From Azolla caroliniana (lineage: Eukaryota; Plantae; Polypodiophyta): 64,000 nucleotides of DNA. The stretch spans positions 3,658,001 through 3,722,000 of the forward strand of contig JBHGNT010000015.1 of the NCBI GenBank assembly GCA_043228905.1, written 5' to 3'. The translations under genes and the position numbers were made by a program. The notes below the pieces were generated by a model. It worked only from the letters and a program-made list of their open reading frames with translations, searched no databases and was not told the DNA's origin. Shown here in pieces: positions 25,961-38,042 of the stretch (position 1 is the stretch's first letter; the number at the start of each line of letters is the position of its first letter).

Positions 25961-26000
<40 letters not shown>

Positions 26001-26105
26001 GCAGAAGCATCTCTCTCTCTCTCCCTCTCTCACACACACACAGCAGAAGCAGCTCTCTCTCTCTCTCTCTCTTACACACACAACACACACACACACAGCA
26101 GAAGC

Positions 26106-26143
<38 letters not shown>

Positions 26144-26320
26144 CACACACATACACACACACAGCAGAAGCAGCGGAAATTGACTGTGTTTCTCTCTCTC
26201 TCTGCACGCTCTTCTTCTTCTTCTTCTTCCGCTTTTCTCTGCACACATGCTTCTTGCCATCGCCATTAAAGTTCGAGGATTACATGCACCATCTCCCACC
26301 TCGCTTTACTTTTACCACAT

Positions 26321-26361
<41 letters not shown>

Positions 26362-26375
26362 CAGTCAGTCAGTCA
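25565..26375. repeat. Compound microsatellite block: (AAATG)n, (TC)n, (CA)n and GCAGAAGCAGC-linked modules
   Basis: Directly visible upstream of the CCR-like gene. Confidence 0.9.
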
Positions 26376-26868
26376 GGTAGTCAGTCATTCTGTGGCGGTC
26401 ATTGTCTTCTCTCCAGAGCTCCTCCATCGCCACATTCAAAGCCTCTCACCATTCTTTTCTTTTATCAGAACCTGTAGAACCAAGAAACAGAAAAAGAAGC
26501 TGAAGCTGAAGCTGAGGTAGTAGCAGAAGAACGCAACAGATACAGCAGCAGCAACTGCTGTTGCAGAAGAAGAAGAAGAAGAAGAAGATCGAGGAGGAAG
26601 AAGAAGGAAGATTGATAATACTAGGAAGAAGACAATAGAATCATCTTCAGAAGAAGAAGAAGAAGAAGAAGAAGAAGAAGAAGAAGAAAAGCAACAGCAG
26701 CAGCATCAGGAGAAGAAGTCATCATCAGAAGCAGAAGAAGTAAACATCAGGAGGCGAAGGAGTGAATTAAGGAAGGATCGAAGGAGACCATTCGACATTA
26801 TTTAATCCACGCCTCTGTCTTGTCTCACACGTTTCCTTCATTCTCTCTTTCCATTTCTGTATTCTTCA

Positions 26869-29093
26869 ATGGGACTCCGCAAGCTCTCTATTCCACGCTC
26901 TTCCTTCTCCATCGCCCGCAGAAACACTGCACAACCTGATGACTTGGTCTGTGTCACTGGTAACTGGAGTTCTCTCGGAACATGGATTGTTAAGCTTCTT
27001 GTACAAGAAGGTTACCATGTCAAATCAACCATTCCTCATTCTCCTGGTAAATGAACACAATAGCAAACGACAACTAAGTTCGAATTTCTTTTCTCCATAG
27101 CTTCTTATATGTTGCTGATTTTGTTTTGTTTCTTACGACATTTTGCTTCCGGCATTGAAGAGTTAGCTTTAGTGATTTAGTTTTGGATGTTACGGAGATC
27201 TTAGTTTAATTAGTTCTCTCACTTTACACAAATAAATTTCTATGATTTGTCTCAAGGTATGGTTTTTGGTTTATGTGTTTGATTGTTGTGTTCGGTGTCA
27301 CACTTTGGGGTTAGTATAGCGTAGCAATGATGGAGAATTTCATCACCGTTAATTATTCATTTTTTATATCACTCAATCTTGAATGATTTGAAGCTGCATA
27401 TAATGTATGGTTTATATTTTTCTTTCAATCTTTAGTTTATGGTTTGCAGATTCTGTCGTTTTCTTATAGATTCGATGTCTTTCATTTGATTTGTATGTTT
27501 TCAGTTGAATGTTCTATTGTTTCATTTCATTTAGCTTTTCTGTATTTCTTTTCATTTGTATAGTGTTTCACAGTTACTCGCTCTGATTCAAAACGCGGTT
27601 TTACATGCTAATTTTATGGCTAAATATGGTGGATTTGCAGAGGAAGCTTCCCTCCTATTAGACCTTCCAGGAGCTAATGATCTCCTAGAACTGACGACAG
27701 TGGATGTGTTGGATTATGGAAGTCTCGCCGACCTTTTCCAAGGATGTAATGGTGTATTCTATGTTCCTGATCCTTACTATAACATCAACGGCATCAGAGA
27801 TTATCCAGTAAGCGATTCAAAACGTTGCTTTATTCATCATTATCATTCCTCCTTTTCCTTCTCATCCACATTATTGTCATCATCCACGTCGTGTTTGTAA
27901 TCATAGCTGTCCTCTTCCTTTGCTTTGTTATCATTTTCATCCTCTCCTTCTCCTGCGGTATTTATATGAAATCATCTCTAATTGCAGGTGGAGACAATCG
28001 ATAACGAAGTAAGAGGAGTTCTGAATGTTGTGGAAGCATGTGCTAACACGCCTTCTGTGACTAAGGTTGTGCTCACTTCTTGCCTCTCCACCATTCTTTG
28101 GGACAGAGAGAACTATTCAGAAACCGGTGCTATTTTGGATGAGAAGAACTGGACTGACCTCGAGTTCTGTCGGAAGCAGAAGGTAATCATGAATAGGGAT
28201 GCTTGATTCTTTTACTTTTCCAATGTATGATCTATCGTTTTGCATCTATCGTTTTTTGTGTGTGTATTATATACGCACACACGCACACACGCACATAATG
28301 TAGAATGATCATATGGAGCCTTTAAAACACACCTTGAATTTTAGTACAGCAAATTTTAATTCATCCATAAGGAATCGACTTCTATATGAGTTTGATATGG
28401 GATCACAAGAAAGTCCATCAAATTTCTTGTTTTTGGTATGTTGTATACTCTGATGTATCTTTCTATCAAAAACTGTTTGAAGAAAGTGTATCTGTATTCA
28501 TTCTGTATGCAGCTATGGTCTGCATTATGCAAGACTCTCGCAGAGAAAGCGGCGTGGGCATTAGCGACGGATAGGGGGCTCGATCTAATAGTAATGAATC
28601 CTGCAACAGTTGCTGGGCCTAAGTCGGGAATGAACATAAACATGGACATGAACAACAATGTACAAAATCTATTAGATCAGAGTGGGATCTTTGCATTCAT
28701 TCATGTCGATGATTTGGCATCGGCACATATATTAACTTACCAAGCTGATAGAGCTGCGGGGAGATACATTTGTTTTGAGAAATTGCTAAGCAAGGCAGAC
28801 ATTGTGGAAGCAGCCCGCCAAATGTATCCCAACTATCCCATCGCTAGGTATGCATCCTCTCGAGTCTCACCTATGGGTCGGCCGATCGGCATTCTTTTTC
28901 TCTCTTATACATATCCTTAATTCTAGGGATTCAGTTCGCTCTTTCTAGTAGTAAACTCGAATTGGTAGCTTCCTGTTTTTTCTTATACTGTGAATGTTCA
29001 TACTGCAGATTGGCCTCATTCAACCCTTGTATGCTGTCTAACGAGAAATTGAAGAATTTGCAAGCCAATTGCAGTGCTCCTTCTGTTGATTGA
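26869..29093 (+). CDS. Cinnamoyl-CoA reductase-like (SNL6/CCR-like) NAD-dependent epimerase/dehydratase-family SDR, ~319 aa, 5 exons
   Basis: Exons 26869-27046, 27641-27807, 27988-28182, 28513-28847 and 29009-29093. All introns are GT-AG and phases are consistent (960 nt). Motifs: VCVTG, GCNGVF, NVVEACA...VVLTS, LDEKNWTDLEFC, KTLAEKAAW, HVDDLASAH, GRYIC. Confidence 0.9.
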
Positions 29094-29949
29094 AACAAAT
29101 CGCTCTCATCATCCATATCCATCCATCCTCATCTCTTTCCACACAAGCAAAGGAAGCGTTATTGTTTGAATTTGTACAGAAACTACAGAGACACAGACCC
29201 AGACCCAGACAGACGCTTTTCTTCTCGACCAGCTGTTCGCCCATCGGGCATGCTAGGTCTCTTCAAGAAACACAAACACTTTTTGCCTTTTAGCTTTTCT
29301 GAGTTTCTTGCATTGAGCAATTAAATTAAAGCTCTTGTAATTTCTCCCATTGATTCTTAATCTTTTCAACCGTATTCTTGTGAATAATATCAATAAATAC
29401 GAAGCATAGTAGTAATATTTTTGATCTCGGCCCCACATTTCTATCCATAGTTTGTGCCATACTTCCCATTCGTGCCATACTCATATGTGAATATTCTTAT
29501 CATACTCGTACGGTAAATGGCATCAAGTATGATTGAAATCCATTCGTCTATATTTATATTTATTTACTCTTATGATTGAAATCTGTTCGTCTATATTTAT
29601 ATTTATTTATTCTTTTTGTAATAAGGGTGATATCATTTATAAAAATATGTCTTTACATTTGAAATTTTGGGATTTTCTAATCCTTTGCCAATCTGGCAAG
29701 TTTAATATTCATGGAGAATTGAATAAAGTTAATCACCCTTGGGCCTTTTGTTCAATCCACATGGAAACCCCACCAAAAGATTGCCCAACATGACTTTCAT
29801 GTTTTTGTTGCCAAATTGGATGTTTGCAATGTGTAAAGTGCATGGACCTACCCTTGTTGTAAGTCCATGGTCCTCTTTTTCCTTTGTAATGCACTTGTTT
29901 CTTCATTTTAATATTTATTCCTTAGTTTCTCTTCTCATCTGAGTGCATA

Positions 29950-30900
29950 ACAGTGCTTGCATTGTTTATGCAAGCCCAAAGGGTACAAACCCCCAGCTAA
30001 AGAAGAGGGTCTACCATGAGGATATCATCAGCATGGCCATTAGCAAGACAAGGACTATCACCATCACCATCACTCATCATACCACTACTAGAATCAAAAG
30101 GGACCTCTAGATTTGGGGGTAGTAATATAATCCTCCTGTGTATTTGGGATACATTTAGGATTTGGTGGGTATGATCGGTAACAAGTGCACAATTTGGAGG
30201 CACCAAAATGGGAAGGTTTCTATAGTAGTAGTAGTATATGCTTTTCACCTTCGGTGGTCTATTTGTGAATCGTGTGTGATTCATCATTAGTTTGTGAATT
30301 GCTCGAGAATTCCAGAATTCCCTTTCTTCAGTACTCGTGGATCGATTGGAAATCTCGGCAATCCCTTCTTATGTAGTTTATAGGACTAAATTTCCACCCT
30401 TACCCCTCCTTTTGTGTTAGTTCTCACCTCATATCTTTGTACTCCCTCGGAGCACTAATTACTTTTGGCAATCAATGGATACTTTGTTGTTCACTTGTGT
30501 AGAGAACATGTTTCCTAATCATGTGCTTGGAAGGACAATCGATCCAATCACTTGGTTGTGTGTATGCGATATGTCTTTTGCATAATGATATTCACATCTA
30601 ACAAAAGTAAGGTCTTTATGTATTCACTCACCATTTATAGTTTGGTAGTACAAGCACATATTTGTAATATTTGTGCTTCGTGAGGGATTGCTTCCAGAGA
30701 AAATTTGTAAGTTCTGAATGAGTGTTCAAGGTGTGGGATGAAGAAGTTATGTGCTGTAATCATGCGTTGACATTGTTTAACACATGTAATTTGTGCATTG
30801 TATTGCATGCTTTTGAGCTAGTACTTACATGTTGTATCTACGCTTTTTACTTGCAATGCTTGTTTGTCATGATGCCTTTTAACTACTTGCGTATAGGTTA
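29950..30900. mobile_element. Possible LTR-derived noncoding remnant
   Basis: Composition and motifs (CTCGAGAATTCC) resemble the LTR remnant near 18180. Boundaries not resolved. Confidence 0.25.
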
Positions 30901-33900
30901 CCATGCATATGAATGAGGCGTGGGTAAAACAACAAAGAGGAGATCAATAAAAAGGAATTCAAATATTATACTTCACATGCATATTGACATAACTACCTTT
31001 ATGCAAACACACACATTTATGTATGTGTATACACACGCACATACATAAATAATTTGCCGCTAGTCTTGGCTTTCTGAGCTCTGTCTCCCCCTTGTTCGGT
31101 TGGTTCCGGCTCTAGTTTGTTCTTTTGGCCACTCCCCCTACATCTGTCCTCAACTTCTTCAGTCGTCCCGAAATCGAATTCCACATCCAATTCGGCTTTT
31201 TGGATTTCATCTCTCTTCCACATCCAGGTGATGGTCAAGTAGATTAGGTTTTTGACAATTTGTCAAACCGTGTTGGGTCACAAGTTGTACCCGAATCTTG
31301 GCGAAGCTTCACGTTTCTATCTAGAGGAGTGGATACGGACATTCCGAACTTGAATAACATACTCAAGACATAATGCCTTTGGTTGATTAGTATGCTTTCA
31401 GGGGTGTGGATCACTTCGATCATGAGGAAGTAATGAAGGTCCCCTAGATCCTTCATGTCGAATGATGCGCCTAGCTGGGACTTTACGCGACTGATTTCCT
31501 CTAGGTCGGGGTTGGCGATGACTAGATCGTCAACATATAGCAATATGCTTATCGGCCCCTTCCGACCCTACCAAATGAAAAGTCAAGAGTCTGATTTCGA
31601 TGTAGCAAACTCCATCTGACGTAGTCGGTGCGTGCTCTTCATGTTCCAAGCACGCGGGGCCTGCTTTAGTCCATAGAGGAACTTCTTCAATCGACAAACA
31701 ACCGACATGTTCACTCTGGACTGAAATGCAGGAGGTTGCACCATATACACCTTTTCCTCAAGCTCTCGTTGCAGGAACACGTTCTTCACGTCCATTTGGT
31801 GTAGGTGTCATCCCTTGGCCGCCGCTACCGCTAGCAGCACTCGGACAATTGTCATCTTGGCAACCGACGCGAATGTCTCGTCATAGTCGATGTCGTGATG
31901 TTGTGTGTAGCCCTTTGCAACCAATTTGGCCTTGTACCGGTTGACAAAGCCGTCATCGTTGTACTTTACCTTGTACACCCACCAACATCCAATCAACTTC
32001 ACTCCTTTGGGGATGTCAACTAGGTCCCATGTCTCATTCTTCGCTAGTGTATGCATCACTTCCTCCATAGCCTTCCACCAATTGGCATCCTTTGCCGCCT
32101 CTGTGTAGCTCTTCGGCTCATGCACTTCTGCCATCTTTGCCATGTACGCCTAGTGACACACCATATACTCATTGTACCCGTACCGGATTATAGGGTTCTT
32201 TTGGCGGGTTGATCGACGCAACTTCAGATTTGCCGATTTCACAGTCCTCTTTGCCAACTCCGACCTCAACTCATGAGGTGCACCTTCGTTCTTGGTTGTG
32301 TTGGATTCCCCTTGATCCGATGCACCGACCTCTATGTCATATTCCAGCATCTTCATCTTCCCTTTCTCCTTTCTCGTAAGGCGTTTCCTCGGCTTCTTAC
32401 GTCGGGACTGCACAATTGAGTCGTCACTGCTCGTCGGCTACTCATCTGACTGATCATTCTAACTCAATCTCTCATTCGGCCTAGTTAGCCGTAATGAGAT
32501 CAGACCCTCTTTTAGAGTGCCAATATCTTCCTCATTCAGAGGGTCGACCTCACTGGCCTCTTCCCTAGAAATCGGCTCAGAGTCTTCGGGGGTCAGACAC
32601 GAAAGGGAATACCAAGACACACTTGCTTCATCCGGGGGTTGTAGCATTTGTACCCTTCTGCTCATGTGAATAGCTGACCGAGATACATTTCTTGACCTTG
32701 GCATCCAGCTTCGTTCGTCTCTCATCCGGTATATGCATCTATGCAATGCCACCGAACACTCTAAGATGTGCCAAATTCGAGTTTCTCCCAAAATAGAGCT
32801 CGTGCGATGACACATTTGCTCCTAGATCAGAGATCCGATTCTGTATATAAATGGTCGTCCGGATCGCTTCAGCCAAATAGAGCTTGGGCATGCTCTTCTC
32901 CTCCAACATCTCCCTGGCCACTTCGACCATCGTCCGGTTCTGTCTCTCGGCCACACTGTTCTACGTCGGCGTGTATCTACAGGAGAACTACCTCCGGATT
33001 CCCTTTGTTTGCAGATAACTCATGAATTGGCCGGAAAAGTATTCTTTTCCGCCATCCGACCTTAGACACTTGATCTTTCTTTTAGTTTCTTGTTGGACAA
33101 GGTTCTTTAAGTTCTAAAAACGGGAAAGAAAGAAAGAAAGAAATATTAACGTCTTCTAAGGCCAAATTTGGCCCATGAGACAATTGGGTTACAACAAAAA
33201 TGAGTGTTTATCCAATCATCAAAACTAAAATAAAAGAAAATAGCTTAAGTTAAGAAAGTTCTAGTAATGTACAAAACTTTGCACTAAGCCTAATCTCATT
33301 TCCACCCAAGTCTCTCAAAAAGAAGTGGGAGGTCAAAAGTTTTTGGTGTGGGTGTGACCCATGGTCCCCATGCATAGAGTGCCCTAGCCATGGCTTCTAG
33401 GCGGTGTAGTTCACGTTCCCTTATTTTCTTTATTGCTTCTACATCTCGTCGAGTTGCTTTGAAACCCGGCATCCAAGGGCGTTTGGTTCTTCTTTGATTT
33501 TCTGCTTCATCAAAGAAAAGCCCGAGTGGTGCAGGTGTGTTGACATTCATTGTCTCCCCCTGTTCCTGAAAAACTTCATTTGTTACATGTTGGTAAACAT
33601 TAGCAACATTATTATCAACGTTTTGTAACTTATTCTCTCTGTGTTGTTTCAATTCTAAGATGTATCTACCTAATTTCTTTATATCTAGTGTATCTAATAG
33701 TTTAGGGAGGGTGGGAGAGGAACCAAGTATGTCTTGGTATTTTGCCCTTATCTCGGCATAGGTGGGGCATTTGCATGTAAAATGGTACTCATCCTCTATC
33801 TCTATGTGGCATAACCTACATATCCTTTCCTCCCTAGGGACTCCATTAGTACGTCCATTCTCAATCTCAAGTTGGTGAGATGATATTCTAAGTTGACCAA

Positions 33901-34550
33901 TGGCAACCCTTAGTGCATGTGGTAAGAATACATCTAGATATTTTGGGCGCGTGATAAAACCTAACTTAGAGAAGTGCATAAAGTGTTCCTTATAGTACGA
34001 CATTTTAGATGGGAGTGGCTCTAGTGGGGTGATCCATTTATACCGAGTATAAATTTGCCATATTTCTTGGCGTATTACTTTATTACGGTCCTCATGAGAG
34101 ATTAAAGTGTTATCAATCGTGTGGTCGTACTTAAGGGGGGGGAGGTTATTAATGTCTAGACCATTGGCAAGAAGCCAACTCACCATCATGCCATACCATG
34201 AGCTAGTGTAGCCGGACTCATACAGTGCTCGAGAAGCCTTAAAGGCTTGGCGGGATATTCTATCAAGTGGTTGCTTATGTATCCTGTGGATAAAGACTAC
34301 AAGTTGAAAAAGTGCTTCTACTAACATAGGGGGTAGAGTGAACTCAGCCCTAATAATGTCATGTGGGACCGACGATTTGCTTCGGAGTTGGCATGATAAC
34401 ATCATCACCAATGGCTCTCTAATTGCGTCCACATGAAAGATGGTAGTCCTAGAGCCCAAACCGCTGATGCATACATGAGAGAGGGAGTCACTAATGAGTC
34501 AAAGAGCCACCCTTTAGTTCGTGGCTCTTGAAAGTATGCTTGGTGGCATT

Positions 34551-37500
34551 TGTTATAGGTTTTTAGGGTTAGGGTTAATGGTAATGATGATTATCGATGA
34601 CGAAGATAGAAATGGTGGAATAATGAAGATGGTGGAGAGTATGATGGTGAGAGAGATTGAGATGAAGATGTTGAGAATCATTGAGAAGCATTGGGGGGTG
34701 GGGGGTGGTGCCTAGAATGACTCCACCCCCCTCCCAAGGGGGTTCAACGTTAAGGGGAGAGAGAGGAAAAGAGATGACAAAGAGAGAGAGAGAGAGAAAG
34801 AGAGAAATGGTTATTCATCTTTCATTCATTCCCCATAAGGGGTTAAATAGTACAAGAGGTGTAAGCCCCCTCGAGCATTCATACTGGACACTCACTCACA
34901 CCTCCTCGTATCCATCCACATGCACACACGTGTGCATGTGTTCACATACGTATAGACTCACAATTACAATTATATCCCCTACACATACACAACAACATCA
35001 TGATAACATTCGACCCTCGCTCATCACACTGACTCTCCGTACATCTCGTACAGGGTAACACAATATGGCACGCCCGTGGGAAAGTGCCTTGCACGTCGAT
35101 CCCACATGCCTTGATGATGATATTTCTTTGACCGGAACTTCCATTGGTCCTTTCAACGATCGACTCCCTCGATCAGAATGCTTGACTCGAACATCTTTGT
35201 CTGTCGGCAAATCGTCCGCGACACAAACATTCTCGTTCTGTCGACTTACAAACTTCGGTGACATCATTCGGGTCGTCAAAAAAACCGTTGTATGTATGTG
35301 TGTTCTTCTTTGTATCTTGTGAGTTGTGTGTGGATCACGTTCATTTCTTTTAGGTTAAGGAGTTTTCGAAATTCTATAGGTGCCCTTTGATTTTTAAAAT
35401 TCCTTAAACGCTCCTTATCGTTCTCCTTTTCCCTCTCTTTTTCCTATTTTATTATTTATTTATTAATTTGCATTAGGTCTTTTTCCTTTCCTTCTTTGTT
35501 CAGTTTGTCTTCTTCCTACTTCTTACGTTTCTCTCTTGTCGTTGTCTGCATCTTTCTCTTCTTCCCGCCTTCTTGCGATTCATTAGCTTTCTTCTCTTCA
35601 AGAGAAAGGCTTCTATCTTCCTCTTCATCCTCTTCCAATCTATTTGATCTCTGTCTATTTGTCTTAGTTCATGCTCATCTTGTTATCTCTTTCTCCCCTC
35701 TGTTTCTTCTTCTTCTTCTTCTTCTGTGTCGTTTCGAGCCATTTCTTCCTCTGCTCGTCGACCTGCTCTCCGTCGTTGTCATTGTGACCTCCTTCGCTTT
35801 TCAACGGCTTTGTTGCCGGCTACGTCGCTTTTCGGTGTCAATGTCCCATCGTCTGGTCGTTGCCGTTGTCGTTGCCATTGCCATGGATGTACATTTCAAC
35901 TGTCATCTCTGTCACTCTTTGACTCCGTTTGACCGTCGTCCCGCTGTTTGTCCGTCTCCATCTTCGTCGTTGTCCGACGTCATCTGGTCCGGCCGCCTCC
36001 GTTTTGGCGTTGTTCGGCCACTACGACCACTCTTAGGTCGCTCTCCGGCCTCTCCTCCGTCTCTGTCAGTGTTCTAGCCTTCGAGCCATCTTAGTTCGGC
36101 TTGTTCCGATCGGTTTTCCGGCAGTCAGTTCGGTTGTTGTCTGTCGTCTTTCGGTCGTGCATCCGGTCCGTCGTCCCGACCGCCTGTCTGCATTCGGTTA
36201 TTCTGACCAGTTTCCGGCCCTTCCGACCGCTCTCCAACCGCTCAGACTGTTGCCCGGTTGCTCTTTAGCCGCTGTCTGGCCGTTATTCGGCCATTCCGAC
36301 ATCTCTACGGTCGCTCCGACTGTTGTCCGGCCACTTAGACACTTTAGCTGCTATCCGGTCACTTTGGCCACTCTGGCCACTCTTGCCCGCTGTTCGCCAT
36401 TTCGACGAGTTCTACCCATTTGGTTGTACTTCTGGTTCCTTGTTCCCGGCTATCTGACTAGTCGTGTCTTTCCGCGTCGGTTTGTATTTCTTTCGCTTTC
36501 TTAATTGCTTTCTCCATCTTTGTTCCAACAATTCCCTTTGGTCCAGTCGTTTGCTTTCTGGCCATGTGTGTCCGGTCATATGTGGATAGAAATGCACTCT
36601 CGCATCTTTGGAAGATACAACATGTGGTGGTTGGGTCTCGCATAGATCATAGACTTTATTTCTCCCTTGCTTTTTTCTTCTTTCTTTGCGATCAAAACCA
36701 CGCCAAAAAGACCAATCACATTTCAAACAAAATACACTTGTATAGACATTAATTTGTATCAGAATCATGGCACGGATAATCAATCTGTCATTTCTTGCTT
36801 CTCATGCACATCATGGTCGCCATTTTTTGCATATTGTTGTCGATTCCATTTCTTGCAGATCATCACCACGTAACATTCTTCATCTTCCTTGCGCACAACA
36901 TCACCCTGTTGCATTCCTCGACGGCTTTCAATCACCATCACCATTTCTTGCATATTTTGTCGTTATTGACTTGCATCGCCACGTATCATTCTTCGACTCC
37001 GTCTCCAAAGGGGGGTCGCCAAAAGGTGTTGGTGGTCGTTCCTGGTTTTTGTCCGGCGTCGGTGGTCTTTCCTCTTCTTTTGGTGACGGAGGCCTCTCCT
37101 CCTCGACTTCCGGTGTTGGAGGTCGCTCTTCCTCTGCTTCTGGTTCCGGAGGTTCCAGCCTTAGCACTTCCGGTTCCGGTGTCGGTAAGGTGTCTGATCC
37201 TTCGTCCTCCGGTCCGCCTGGGGTTTCGTTGCTGCTACGGTAGTTCGTGTGCACGCTGTATTCCCCTTCGGAATCTGATTCATACGCTGAAAAGGCTTCT
37301 GCTTCGCCTTCTCCGCTTGCCAACGCCTGGAGAAGGGATTCGGTTTCCCGGAGGCTGCTTAGGCTGCTGCCGTCGTCCGGGTGCGATGTTTGCTGTAACC
37401 AGAGGGACTCCTCCGCTACTCTCCGGATTACGTTGGAAAATGAGCGATCCGCTCTAATTTCCTGCGCCGCTTGCTGGAAAGCCTCATGTCTCCTTTGCCT

Positions 37501-38042
37501 TTCGGCAAGGCGTCGAGTTCGATCTATAACCAGGTCGTGCGTTGATCTAGTCATCCATTCGTGTCGTCGTTCGCTGCAAAAACAGGAATCGTGGTCGCCA
37601 AAAACTGTGTTAACTCTTAGGGCCGGACAATGGCCTAACACAGGGTGTCTACGGAAGACACTTCACCAAAGGGGTGTTACGGCAAGAGGATTAGGCTTAA
37701 CGATTAATCCGACTTAATTAGGTTACTTAGCAAGATCGTCCTTAATAATCACACGCGTAAGATATAACAATGAATGCAGAATGGCAATTAACACAGAGAG
37801 ATAAAAACATTAAGCTTCATTAATTATCTACTGCTCATTACATTGTATCCGGGCCTTTAAATAGGTTTCCGGTTTGTATTACAAAACGGTGCCATCCGCA
37901 CCTGTTCGGGATCGGTTCGGATCCGGAACGGCATACCGATTCCGGTCCATCCGTCCACACTACTAGCTTACTTACAACCATTCCTTAATAATTAAATAAC
38001 TCCTCCGTTTCACACTCTGGACTACTTTGCCGGCCGGTAACA
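34551..38042 (-). mobile_element. 3.5-kb non-autonomous LTR-type insertion (Gypsy Tat/Ogre-like PBS) with non-homologous terminal segments
   Basis: TGTTA...TAACA ends and TSD GCATT/ACATT. The host LINE frame LERQC|HQAYFQ is continuous across the insert. PBS TGGCGACCACG at 37590-37600; PPT-like tract at 35009-35022. Confidence 0.7.
37005..37555 (-). pseudogene. Truncated gag-like N-terminal ORF with acidic/Pro repeats (EEERPPTP)
   Basis: MTRSTHDLV... starts shortly after the PBS. Coding character is lost near 37005. Confidence 0.45.

Noticed and set aside
34558-34576. Telomere-like TTTAGGGTTAGGG
   Set aside because: Only two units inside an LTR-like segment, so not an interstitial telomere array.
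35496-36504. Long + strand ORFs inside the LTR-type insert
   Set aside because: Low-complexity pyrimidine-rich and GC-rich repeats with no recognisable domain.
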